The position numbers and the translations under genes are program-made. A stretch of DNA of 64,000 nt from Squalus acanthias (lineage: Eukaryota): NCBI GenBank assembly GCA_030390025.1, contig CM059449.1:2418001-2482000 (forward strand), given 5' to 3'. Under the pieces are notes generated by a model. The model was not told the DNA's origin. It worked only from the letters and a program-made list of their open reading frames with translations, and made no database searches. Of this stretch, positions 37,601-48,300 are shown piece by piece. Position 1 is the stretch's first letter. Each line of letters opens with the position of its first letter.

Positions 37601-40141
37601 ATGTAGTCAAATTTGCTGATGATACAAAGATAGGTGGGAAAGCAAATTGTGTGGAGGACGCAAAGAATCTCCAAAGGCTTATAGATAGGCTAAGTGAGTG
37701 AGCAAAAATCTGGCAGATGGAGTATAATGTGGGAAAATGCGAGGTTATCCACATTGGTAGGAAAAATAAAAAAGCAAATTATTTTTTAAATGGAGAGAGA
37801 TTACAAAATGCTGAAGTACAGAGGGATATAGGGGTCCTTGTACATGAATCACAAAAGGTTAGCATGCAGGTACAGCAAGTAATTAGGAAGGCAAATGGAA
37901 TGTTGGCCTTTATTGCAAAGGGAATGGAGTATAAAAGTAGGGAAGTTCTGTTACAACTGTACAGGGCGTTGGTGAGACCACACCTGGAGCACTGCGTGCA
38001 GTTTTGGTCTCCTTATTTAAGGAAGGATATACTTGCATTGGGGGCAGTTCAGAGAAGGTTCACAAGGTTGATTCTCGAGATGAAGGGTTGTCTTATGAAG
38101 AAAGGTTGAGCAAGTTGGGCCTATACTCATTGGAGTTTAGAAGAATGAGAGGTGACCTTCTTGAAACATATAAGATTCTGAAGGGACTTGACAGAGTAGA
38201 TGCAGAGAGGATGTTTCCCCTCGTGGGGGAATCTAGAACTAGGGGGCATAATTTCAGAATAAGGGGCACCCATTTAAAACGGAAATGAGGAATTTCTTCT
38301 CTCAGGGTCGTGAATCTTTGGAATTCTCTTCCCCAGAGAGCTGTGGAGGCTGGGTCATTGAATATATTGAAGGTGGAGATAGCCAGATTTTTGAATGGTA
38401 AGGGAGTCGAGGGTTATGGGGAGCAGGCAGGGAAGTGGAGTTGAGGCCAAGATCAGATCAGCCATGATGTTATTGAATGGCGGAGCAGGCTCGATGGGCC
38501 AAATGACCTACTCCTGCTCCTACGTCTTATGTTCTTATCTACACACAATTACATAAAGATATAGAAATAGAACCTGATGCTGCTGCTGTTCTCTCAAGTA
38601 TAACAAATTTAATAGTGGCAATTGAGAAGTGTTCTCATGGAAATCACCATACAACACCAACCAACGGCAATAAAGCCCCTTTGTAGTGGCTCACATAGTC
38701 CAACAGATCAACTACAGTCCTGGGCAGCTGGCCACCTGTCCATCGATTTACCCCGACTTTGGTTCCATTCACAAGTGAAAACAACACACTGCACTAAAAT
38801 TATTAATCGGTGTGTTTAATCTTGTTTGCTGACCTGATATTTGAATCACGGCCTCTCCCACAGTTTTCATTCCTTCGCTGTGCACAAGACAGGTGTATTT
38901 ATTTGTGGAATCCTTCGCTATGTCGATGTGACTGAGGACAGTGAAACCTCCCTTCGGATTCTCAGTTGCCTTAGAGTTGGATGAAGCCCGTTTGTTTCCA
39001 TTTCCATCTATCCACGATATTTGAAGGTTGGAGGACGAGCTATTGGTTTCACAGAGGAGTTGGATGTTTCTGCCCAGAAACCTGTCCATGCGAATAACAG
39101 GTTGGCTGCCAAGGGCTGAAATGTAAATTTTACAACAAGAAAATTTCATAAAACAAAATGCCTCTTATGGTAATGATCTCAGGATGCATTTATCCTGCAA
39201 CTTCTGCCTAAACTAAAACATTCTTTTGCTGATGTGTACGCTACACATTCTCACTTTTATTTTGTTGGGGGGGGGGGGGGGTGTAAATAAAAGAGACTTG
39301 CATACAATGTCACTCCAATTTTTTTGAGAGCTCGGCCCATTTATGGGTTGCGTGGCCCATTCCAATTTCCGTGCATATGCGGTTTTTCCCCATTGTAAAG
39401 CTGGCAAGCGGCCTGCGCGGGAACTCCAGACAGCTACACAGCTTACGGGAACATTGCTTCCATAAACATAGCCTGTTTCTCGACCGCGGGACATGCCAAA
39501 GTGCTTTACTTGGAAGCCAATGAAATACATTCCTGAAATACAGTCACTTTTAACGTAGGAAACGTGGCAGCCAATTTGCGCACAGCAAAAGCCCACAAAC
39601 AACAATGTGATAATGACCAGATAATCTGTTTTTAGCGTTGTTGGTTGAGGAATAAATATTGGCCCCAGGACACTGGGAGAACGCTCCTGCTCTTCTTCGA
39701 AGAGTGCCATGGTATCTTTTATGTCCACCTGAGGGCAGATGGAGCCTCGGTTTAACGTCACATCCAAAAGACAACACCTCCGACAGTGCAGCGCTCCCTC
39801 AGTACAGCACTGGAGTGCCAGCCTACATTATGTGCTCAAGTCTCCGGAGTGGGACTTGAACCCATGACCTTCACAGGAGAGAGCTCTACCCACTGAGCCA
39901 CGGCCAACACTGTAATTAACTGAATTTTTACATCATTGAGTCGAACTTCTCCAGGTACAAGAGACATCCTATAATTATGTAATACAACATGAACAAAGTC
40001 AGTGAAGCTACTGTTAAAGAACACAACCTGTGTAGAATGTCAAAACATAGAAATATTACCGAGAAAGAGAGATTGCTCACCAGATACTGGACCACAAACA
40101 AGGAACAGACCGAGAAGGAGAGTTCCACACTCCATTTTCAT
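25109..40141 (-). CDS. Butyrophilin-like gene B (leader-IgC-TM-coil-B30.2, no IgV), 360 aa, 6 coding exons
   Basis: Exons (minus) 40081-40141, 38834-39115, 34836-34964, 32879-32905, 32226-32252, 25109-25665. All GT-AG phase 1; total 1083 nt, open frame. Confidence 0.82.
26700..28990 (+). mobile_element. CR1 LINE ORF2 (endonuclease to 3' end) with internal deletion at ~28020
   Basis: IMGDFN, LDLVL, SDH endonuclease motifs; DKSP jumps to FTIYIND region. Confidence 0.92.
31480..31960 (+). mobile_element. CR1 3' fragment
   Basis: TRRHRFKV...[10 protein letters not shown]. Confidence 0.85.
32226..32252 (-). CDS. Gene B 27-nt microexon (EWKRITNSA)
   Basis: tttctag|27 nt|gtaaga; counterpart of gene A EWKGITMFP. 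Confidence 0.82.
32879..32905 (-). CDS. Gene B 27-nt microexon (GLKTQIKIS)
   Basis: ttttgtag|27 nt|gtaaga; counterpart of gene A DLQEQLILS. Confidence 0.78.
34195..34455 (+). mobile_element. tRNA-derived SINE (relative at 51408-~51690)
   Basis: atggtagcctggtggttatggtactggac...ttcaaatccc head. Confidence 0.55.
34836..34964 (-). CDS. Gene B transmembrane exon
   Basis: [43 protein letters not shown]; 129 nt, tttgcag/gtaaga. Confidence 0.9.
35210..38540 (+). mobile_element. CR1 LINE, ORF1 end plus near-complete decayed ORF2, in gene B IgC-TM intron
   Basis: Endonuclease and RT motifs across ORFs 35925-38288; 3' tail. Confidence 0.94.
38834..39115 (-). CDS. Gene B IgC exon
   Basis: [11 protein letters not shown]...IQLLC...ISW...YTCLVH...VIQIS; 282 nt, phase 1-1. 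Confidence 0.87.
39490..39912 (-). mobile_element. tRNA-derived SINE (SacSINE/DeuSINE-like) in gene B leader-IgC intron
   Basis: Homologous to 15800-16270; A and B boxes. Confidence 0.8.
40081..40141 (-). CDS. Gene B signal-peptide exon ([20 protein letters not shown])
   Basis: Acceptor tttgcag at 40146-47, ATG 40141 (alternative 40135), donor GTGAGC at 40080. Confidence 0.75.
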
Positions 40142-40637
40142 AACTCTGCAAATTCAAAATAAAATGCAATTATTTGAGTGAATTGTCTCAGTACATTCTT
40201 CACAAGCTGGATAAAATCTGACTGGGAAACCGACTGAAGATTATATGGGATTGCTTGGATGTAAATGTCATTCTCAGGTGTCCATACTACAACCCTCAAG
40301 GCTGCCCAGGGACTACCACAAGGCCCACCAGCCCTGGTTCTGGTCCACAATTTCTCAGACATGAACTCACTGCTTGTGCTGAGCAAAAGGCTGCCGTGTG
40401 AAAATGCGGAAATGATTGAAGATCCGGAATAACAGAAAACGCTGCAAAAACTCAGCAGGCCAGGCCCTGTCGCTTCCAATGAACCCGCTTCCAAAGTTAA
40501 ATTAAAAAAGCGGGCGCTTCAGTAAAAGAAGCCCCGTCCCACCGGACTCAGGACAACTTGATGTGGAAAGGTTCCTGGGGCTGGGCTCACTTCAGCAGAC
40601 GGAGCGGCCCCCAAATGTACCGCAGCATCAAATGTGG

Positions 40638-40860
40638 GGAAAGGCCGGGGGCGGGAGCCGAGCTCCGGACACCTCCCGGGGGAAAAGCCGGGAGCGGGGG
40701 CGGGAGCCGAGCTCCGGACACCTCCCGGGGGAAAGGGCGGGGGCGGGGGCGGGGGCCGAGCTCCGGACACCTCCCGGGGGAAAGGGCGGGGGCGGGGGCC
40801 GAGCTCCGGACACCTCCCGGGGGAAAGGGCGGGGGCGGGAGCCGAGCTCCGGACACCTAC
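40638..40860. repeat. GC-rich ~43-49 bp minisatellite, ~5 copies
   Basis: gggcggg(a/g)gccgagctccggacacctcccgggggaaa. Confidence 0.92.
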
Positions 40861-41160
40861 CGGGTAAGATGTCCCAGGACGGGTGACAATCGGCGCTTTG
40901 CTCCAATTCAGGCCGCACCCACCGGAAGGGCAGGAAAGTGAAAGTGCTTTTGAGCAGCGAGTTTGAGGCGGGGCGTTTTGTTCGGCGGAGAACGGCGGGA
41001 AATTTGGGCGCAGACAGGTTGGTGCCATTGCATTGAGGGGGTGGAATGGGGGGAGAATGGGAGAGGGAGTGCGGCCCCCGGCTGGGCTCCTTCCTCACAC
41101 CCAGGAGCCGGACTGGAGCAGCTCCGGGCCCAGCCGTACCCTCCCCTACCCCGGGTTACA
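40861..41160 (-). promoter_or_regulatory. CpG-rich promoter and probable non-coding exon 1 of gene B, with IRF element and ETS site
   Basis: GGAAAGTGAAAGTG at 40933-40946, CCGGAAG at 40922, GC boxes; minus-strand donor CCG|GTAGGT at 40860. Confidence 0.6.
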
Positions 41161-42030
41161 GAAACAGTGAGGGTTGTAGGGCTGGAGGAGGTTACAGAGA
41201 TAGGGAGGGTTGTAGGGCTGGAGGAGGTTACAGAAATAAGGAGGGTTGTAGGGCTGGAGGAGGTTACAGAAATAAGGAGGGTTGTAGGGCTGGAGGAGGT
41301 TACAGAGCTCGGGAGGGTTGTAGGGGGTTACAGAGACAGGGAGGGTTGTAGGGGGTTACAGAGACAGGGAGGGTTGTAGGGGGTTACAGAGACAGGGAGG
41401 ATTGTAGGGGGTTACAGAGACAGGGAGGGTTGTTGGGGGTTACAGAGACAGGGAGGGTTGTAGGGCTGGAGGAGGTTACAGAGACGGGGAGGGTTGTAGG
41501 GCCGGCGTAGGTTACAGAGACGGGGAGGGTTGTAAGATTGGAGGAGGTTTCAGAGATAGGGAGGGTTGTAGGGCGGGTTGTAGTGCTACAGGTGGTTACA
41601 GAGATAGGGAGGGTTGTAAGGATGCAGGAGTTTAGAGAGATAGGGAGGGGCGAGCGCTGGAGGATGTTAGAGATTGGGAGGGCTGTAAGTCTGGGGTGGG
41701 GGTGGGGGTGGGGCTGGGATTTTACAGAGATAGGGAGGGGAGATACCGTGGAGTAATTTGAAAAGAAGAATGAGAGTTTTAAAATCGAGGCGTTGCTGGA
41801 CCGGCAGCCAATGTATGTCAGTCAGATGATGGGGTGATTGGAACTTGGTGCGATTTACGATACGGGCAGCAGAGTTTTGAATTAGTTCAAGTTTATGGAG
41901 GGTGGAAGATTGGAGGCTGGGAGGAGGTAGGGGCACCGAGATCTCAGAGGGTTGTAGGGCAGGAGGCATTTACAGAGGTGGGGAGAGGCGAGGCCCTGGG
42001 ATTTGAAAAGAAGGGTGACAGTTTTAAAAC
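41153..42030. repeat. 27/36-bp purine-rich tandem expansion within an L2-like repeat (relative at 7075-7730)
   Basis: gagggttgtagggctggaggaggttacagagatagg units. Confidence 0.85.
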
Positions 42031-42966
42031 AGATAAATGAGAATTGTTGGCACTAATCTATATGGCAACTTGGATAGATTCCCGTTGTATCTTACAATTA
42101 ATTCCTTCCGCTCACCGTATCCCATTGTTCCAGGTGTTGCATCGAGTGCATTAAATCCCCAGACATGTCCTCCAAAAACGCATCATCCATAAAAAGGAAG
42201 TTAATTATTGTAATAAATCTGAGTGACCATAATTAAGAAAAGCTCCACGTGAGTGCTTATGATGATTTCAATGAGGTAATATTTCCAGCATTGCTGAATT
42301 TCAAAACAGAAAATGCTGGAATTTCACAGTCCATTTATCACCATCTGAAAAGAGAAAAGACAGGTTAAAGTTTTCGGCAGAGTTCCTTCATCTGACAGTG
42401 GTGTAAAATCACACGCTCCAAATGCTGTCCGTTACATACTGACAGACATAGTTCCAGAGGTATGGGGCATCTCCAAACATGACCGCTGCCTTGGCAGTCA
42501 TGATGCTTGCTTCACTGAAGCACTCTCTCCTCCTCCAACCTCCCCCAGTTCAGAAAAGCAATTCAGAGCCGGTGCTCTTCTCCTTCCCTCTCAGTTCACA
42601 CTGGCACTCCCTCCTGTTCCCACTTGATGCTGGGGCAGCATTCTCACCGCCCACTGCCAATTTGTGCTGGCACTTTTCTCCCTCAATTGCATTTCATTCA
42701 GTTTTGCTGTGGAGATAAAACAAAATCGGGACCGTTCCCTTTATACTTTAGTGGATACTTTAGAAAGTGCTCAACAGCCGATGCCGCGGAGCTGCGTTAG
42801 TGAAAGCTGTTCTGTTTGTTTAAAGGTTTTACAGTAACAAGAACTCAGCTGTTGCTGTATCAATAGAAGGAATCCCAGGAATTTCTGTTCTTGTAAAACT
42901 CGTCTGTGTCCATAGATGGCGCTGCTGCACTGTTTCTCTAAACAGAGCCACCCACTCAGTGGCTAG

Positions 42967-43710
42967 ATTGGCCCAGGTTTTGCTGTACTGATAATGGCGA
43001 GGCTGTCAGTGCTCACCATTATTACAGGGTAAAACTGACAGCAACCTCTGGCTTCTACACATGCGCAGTTAAACGAGGAAATTGCTGTCAGTGATACCCT
43101 GCTTCTCCACAGGCTGTGCTGTTGCAGTCTTCGCCAATGGAATCTGCACAGAGATCACTGTAATGGCGTGAACTTAGGCTAATTACGCACTATTCTCGCT
43201 CTAAAGACAGATGAAAAAGTTAGGGCTTGTACAATCAGGAGTATCTCAGTTTTTAACAGCATAATAAGTGATAATTCCAGCTGAACAACCTCTCTGGCCC
43301 TGAAAACTTAATTTTACAGGTGTACAGTCTCATTCCCTCAAGAAAATCAATGGAGCAGATTTTTTAAAACAATTTTTAAACAGTTTTTCTGTTTTTCTCT
43401 TAAACCCGTGTGTATGTTCCAATTTTTATTTTGTTCCTGTACAATGATTTGAATGTAATGTATATTTCCTGTTTTCTACTTCCTGCTTTGCAGTCTGCGT
43501 GTCTCAGGGAGGATTCTTCAATCTGATTGGTTGAAGAGCCTCCCTGTTGTTTGCTCTGCTCACAGATTCCCGGTAGAGTGCACCGCACTGGATCAGACAC
43601 CCGTCGACAGGAAATCTCTGCTGACAAGCCCGTGAAAAGTCTCTGGGCAACTGTACATGAGGTGAACAGTGAAAGCCTTTCCTTTGCTGCTCAGCAAAAT
43701 CCGGGCCAAT
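42967..43710. mobile_element. Non-autonomous DNA transposon/MITE
   Basis: TIRs attggcccaggttttgctg / cagcaaaatccgggccaat (17/19 match). Confidence 0.65.
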
Positions 43711-43894
43711 GAGAATAACATGGACAGAAATTCTTGGGAACAAAAGGCTAAAAAACTGTAAATGCTGGAAATCTGAAACATCTGGAAACACTCACCAGGT
43801 TAGGCAACGTCTGTGATGTGTGCTTTTCCTCATTGTCCTGCAGTGAAATATGGTACAAATCTACAGAAAACACAGGGTGCTGTTTAATTCAAGA

Positions 43895-44322
43895 TGGCAT
43901 AGTGGTTAGCACTGGTGCCTCACAGCGCCAGGGACCCGGGTTCGAATCTGGCCTCGGGTGACTGTCTGTGTGGAGTTTGCACATTCTCCCCGTGTCTGCG
44001 TGGGTTTCCTCCGGATGCTCCGGTTTCCTCCCACAGTCCAAAAATGTGCGGGTTAGGTTGATTTGGCTATGATAAATTGACCCTTAGTGTTAGGGGGGGA
44101 TTAAATATGTGGGGTTACGGGGATAGGATGGGATATGTTAGGGGGAATTAAATACGTGGGGTTACGGGGATAGGGTGGGATATGTGTCGGTGCAGGCTCG
44201 ATGGGGATTCTGTGTGAGAAAGCAGGGACAGGGTACTGGATTTGGATGATCAGCCATGATCGTATTGAATGGTGGAGCAGGCTCGACGGGCCGAATGGCC
44301 TACTCCTGCTCCTAGTTTCTAT
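43895..44322 (+). mobile_element. HE1-like V-SINE with CR1-derived tail
   Basis: tRNA head, V-domain tgtgtggagtttgcacattctccccgtgtctgcgtgggtttcctccgg, CR1 3' UTR. Confidence 0.85.
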
Positions 44323-45261
44323 CTTGGGCTTCAGCTGGCCCCAGACAAAAATAGCTCGGTTGGACTGAACAGGTAGAAGACTTGAAATATTTCCCTCTGT
44401 CACACAGAAAATTACAAACCAGAATCCAGGTCGGCAGTGCCATTCAGCTCACTGAGCCTGCTCCACCATTTTGTTAGTAATAATATCTTTTTAATCTCAA
44501 TATTCCTCTGTTTCTCCATATCTTGCCATACTCACTAGGTAAGTAACTATCTGCCTTTTAAACACCTCACCTAATTCTGTGGTTCTGTCCTTCTGGAACA
44601 CTATATTCCTCATTCTAGCATCCTTTGTGTGAATTTTTCCCCCATGGACTTGTTTTTAATTGTTTATTTCCAATTGTAAGATTGCCCCTTGTTTTAGAAT
44701 CCCCAGCAGTCAGAAACTCGTCCCTTGTCTACCCTGTCATTCCCTTCATTATTTAAAACACGTTGATCATATCATCCTCTAACTGTATCTCCAGAGAATA
44801 GATCCTGAATTCACCCAGTCTCTTATGATGACTCAGTCCCTTCGTCCCACAGCTCACCCTGGTCAATTACCACTGTACTTTCTCCAAGACAGTGTATCTT
44901 TCCTATTGTTCCTGTAGTCATTCATTTATTACTCTGATCAGTGAGCAGCACTGATTACTGGATAGATCCCCACACATTTCTGCAACACACTGAAATAAAA
45001 CATCAGAGTCACGCTGTTATTTTAATGAAAACTTACTCGCCGGCCAGACAGCTTTGAATGAAGAGAGTTCTTCAGCCTGTTCTCTTTATCTTTCTGGAAT
45101 ACCAGCCCTGCCTTCTTCCTGTTGCAGCATCCAGCTGTTTCTTCCTTTCACATCAAGATATGAGAATTATTGTCAGTGATATGAAAAGGGTGTTAATAAT
45201 GCAGCATGAAAACAATGGGTGACTGATCCAGGTAACTCTGATCTAATTTACAGGGTCCACA

Positions 45262-45319
45262 ATGGAGAATCGCTTACTGGCGTCATTCCTATTGTTACAG
45301 ATTCAGATTACAGCAGCAG
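45262..45319 (+). CDS. Gene A signal-peptide exon (MENRLLASFLLLQIQITAA)
   Basis: Acceptor tttacag at 45253, ATG 45262, donor GTAAGA at 45320; hydrophobic leader. Confidence 0.85.
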
Positions 45320-48300
45320 GTAAGAGACTGGGTTAAAGGCATGGAATCTGGATTATCTGTATAATGTGTGCTGTGACAGTATTTAAATGCTATTCATTCT
45401 TCACTTACAGGAGACTTCGAAGTGACCGGTGCAGACAGCCCAGTACTAGTGACCATGGGTAGTAGCGTCACGCTGAACTGTTGGGTCACACCGAGCTTTG
45501 ACCCTCTGAGTATGGAACTGGAATGGTTAAAAGCAGATACCCGAGAAACTGTAGTTTTAGTTATAAATGGACGCAGTCGTGCAAAGTCAAGGAACTACCA
45601 TGGAAGGACTGAGCTCTTTACGGACAAATTGATTCAGGGAAATATCTCTCTCCGTCTAAGCAATGTCCGTATCTCCGATGAGGGTAAATACAGATGCATC
45701 GTGAGCACCAGTTCCTGGGGACATGCAGGAGATGCAGAACTAACAGTAGCCGGTAGGTATTGATGCAGAGAACTGATTCTGTGAATATAATCACCAAAAA
45801 TTATTCAGAAATTGACATCCCCGTGTAAAATGTCTTTTTAATTAATTTCTAAACAGAGAATACCAACATTGATTCTTAACTGTTGTTGCTGCTTCAGTTT
45901 GAGTACATGGAGTTAATGTTCCGTATTGTGATTGGATTGTGGAGGGAATGAAACCGTGCTCGATCCGTTCACTCTCATTCTGAACAATCACTCTCGGGAA
46001 CACTGGGGATCTTCTACATCTCAATCTGTACAGTGCTCACTGTGGGTGTAGATTCACTGTAGAATGTGTCACTGGGACTCTGGACCAACACTTTATCTCA
46101 TGGCCTGAGATTCCCTCCTCCTCCTCCTCCGATCACAAGATAATTACAGATGAGGAAGGCCGTTCCACCCATTTTATTTGAACTAGAAAGACCCTAACTT
46201 CCCCCATTGGGCCTCCAATTGCTTCTTAAACCTCTCCAGGGTTTTCTCCTCCCCCACTCTGTCCAGAGTCCATTCCATGTGTTGATCACTCTTTGTTTGA
46301 TGAACTGGCTGTTACCAGTCTCACATTTACCTTTTACTAGTTTGAACCTGTGTACACTTGTCCCACTCTCACAATTTAAAGTAATATTTCAGCTTTACCT
46401 TTTCAGTTCCTTTAACTACCTATATCTACCTCGACAAGGTCCCCTCTCAGAAGCCTCCTTTCCAGGTGCAAATCCCAGCTTTTTCCAGTCTTTTCCCGTC
46501 ACTCAGACCCCTGACACTGGGGATGAGTCTGGTGGATCTTCTCCGATCTGCCTCCAGTGTTCAAATGTCTCCCTTGTTTCTCAATGGCCAGAACTGGACA
46601 CTGTATTCAAGGTGGGCTCTGACCAGAGCACCGTGCAGTTTGATCATTTGGGGGGTGGGGGGAGAGGATGTTGCTCATTTTCCCTTATGAATACTTCAAG
46701 GAAATGATAATTCAGAATATTTCCTATTTTGTGCTTGCCCCCAGTTCTGATATTGTTTGAATCATTTATAGTTTACACCGATTCTCTGACATTCCTGCCA
46801 CTGCTGTAGGACTGAGGTTTATTTACTGTAATGTTTCACTTCAGCTGCTGTGTATATTCCGAGACCTCTCCTGGCCCTTCTCATCACCTGCTGAAGGTGT
46901 TTCAGCACATTCCTATATTCATCCCAGTGAATCGCTTCTCCTTTCTCCCAGCAGGATTTGTAGCCATTTCTCCTCTTATTTCACTTCAATCTCTTTGTTA
47001 ATCCATTGAGGATCAAGTGTGTTTAGCCTTAGCTTCTGATTTCAGATCCTCACCGTGTTGGGAGTCCGAGTCACCCACTGAGTCTGACTGTAACTCATTC
47101 TTTCCCAGGACTGCAGAGCTGTAGAACTCCTGGCCTCCCTCAGCTTTCTCCTCCTACAATCTACGGCTTTTAAAAACTCAAGTGTGGCCTCCCCTGATCA
47201 CAGCTTCATGATTTGCATCCTCTCTAGTCTGTTCTGTACCCTGGTGGAGGCCTCCTGTCTGGGCCTTGGCCCTTCACACCCGTTCGGCAACAATATCAAA
47301 ATGAGGCCTCCCAAAAAAAAACTTCAAATGATCTGGAGAAAGTAGAAAGAGACAAATTCCAAACGTTCACATTCTCCGGTATCTGTTAATGCCTCGTGGG
47401 AGCAGTTTTCAGGCCTAAATATTGGGAGTCACCAAGATTGGGGGAATGTGGACACTTGTGCATTTAACCAGATGTCTAAATACCTTTTTAATACAGGAAA
47501 ACTGGTTTGATAGATTTCTACAGCACAGACGAAGGCCATTCGGCCCATCGTGTCTGTGCCAGCTCTCTGAAAGAGCGATCCAATTAGTCCCACTCCGCCG
47601 CTCTTTCCCCATAGCCGATTGGCCCACTCCTGCTCCTGTTTCTTGTGCCCTGCAATCTTTTCCTTTTCAAGTATTGAGCTGAATACATTTTGAAAGTTTC
47701 TATTGAATCTGCTTCCACCCCCCCTTTCAGGCAACGCATTCCAGAACATCATAACTCGCTGCATAACAAAAAATTCTCTTCATTTCCCCTCTGTTACTTT
47801 GCCAATTACCTTTCCATCAGTGTTCTCTGGTTACTGACCCTCCAGCCAGTGAAAACAGCTTCTCCTGACTTACTCTGATCAAAAACCCTTATAATTTTGA
47901 ACTCCTCGATCAAATCTCCCCATAACCTTTTTGCTCTAAGGAGAACAAGCCCAGCTTTTCTAGTCTCTCCACATAACTGAATTCCCTCATCCCTGGTGCC
48001 ATTCCAGTAAATCTCCTCTGCACCCTCTCCAAGGTCTTGACATGTTTCCTAAAGTGTGATACCCTGAATTGGATACAATTTTCCAGCTGAGGCCTAACCC
48101 GTGTTTTATAAAGGTTTAGCATAACTTGCTTGCTTTTGTACTCTATGCCTCTAATTATAAAGCCAAGGCTCCCGTATACTTTTTTTTAACAGGCTTATTA
48201 GCTTGTCCTGCAACCCTCAAGGATTTGCGTATGTGAACCCCAGGTTTCTCTAATCCGGTACCCCCTTGAAAATTGCAAGACTTTTAAAATTGCCTCTCCT

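Noticed and set aside
39912-40027. Possible IgV remnant in gene B intron ([18 protein letters not shown])
   Set aside because: Short, lacks Cys/Trp/DxGxYxC, and nearby acceptors give immediate in-frame stops; cannot be distinguished from chance
43895-43960. tRNA-like sequences (also ~16190-16265, ~39840-39910)
   Set aside because: They are SINE heads followed by SINE bodies, not tRNA genes
45031-45040. Minus-strand GTAAGT donor suggesting gene B starts right next to gene A
   Set aside because: Isolated motif; the CpG/IRF region at ~40.9 kb is a better-supported start
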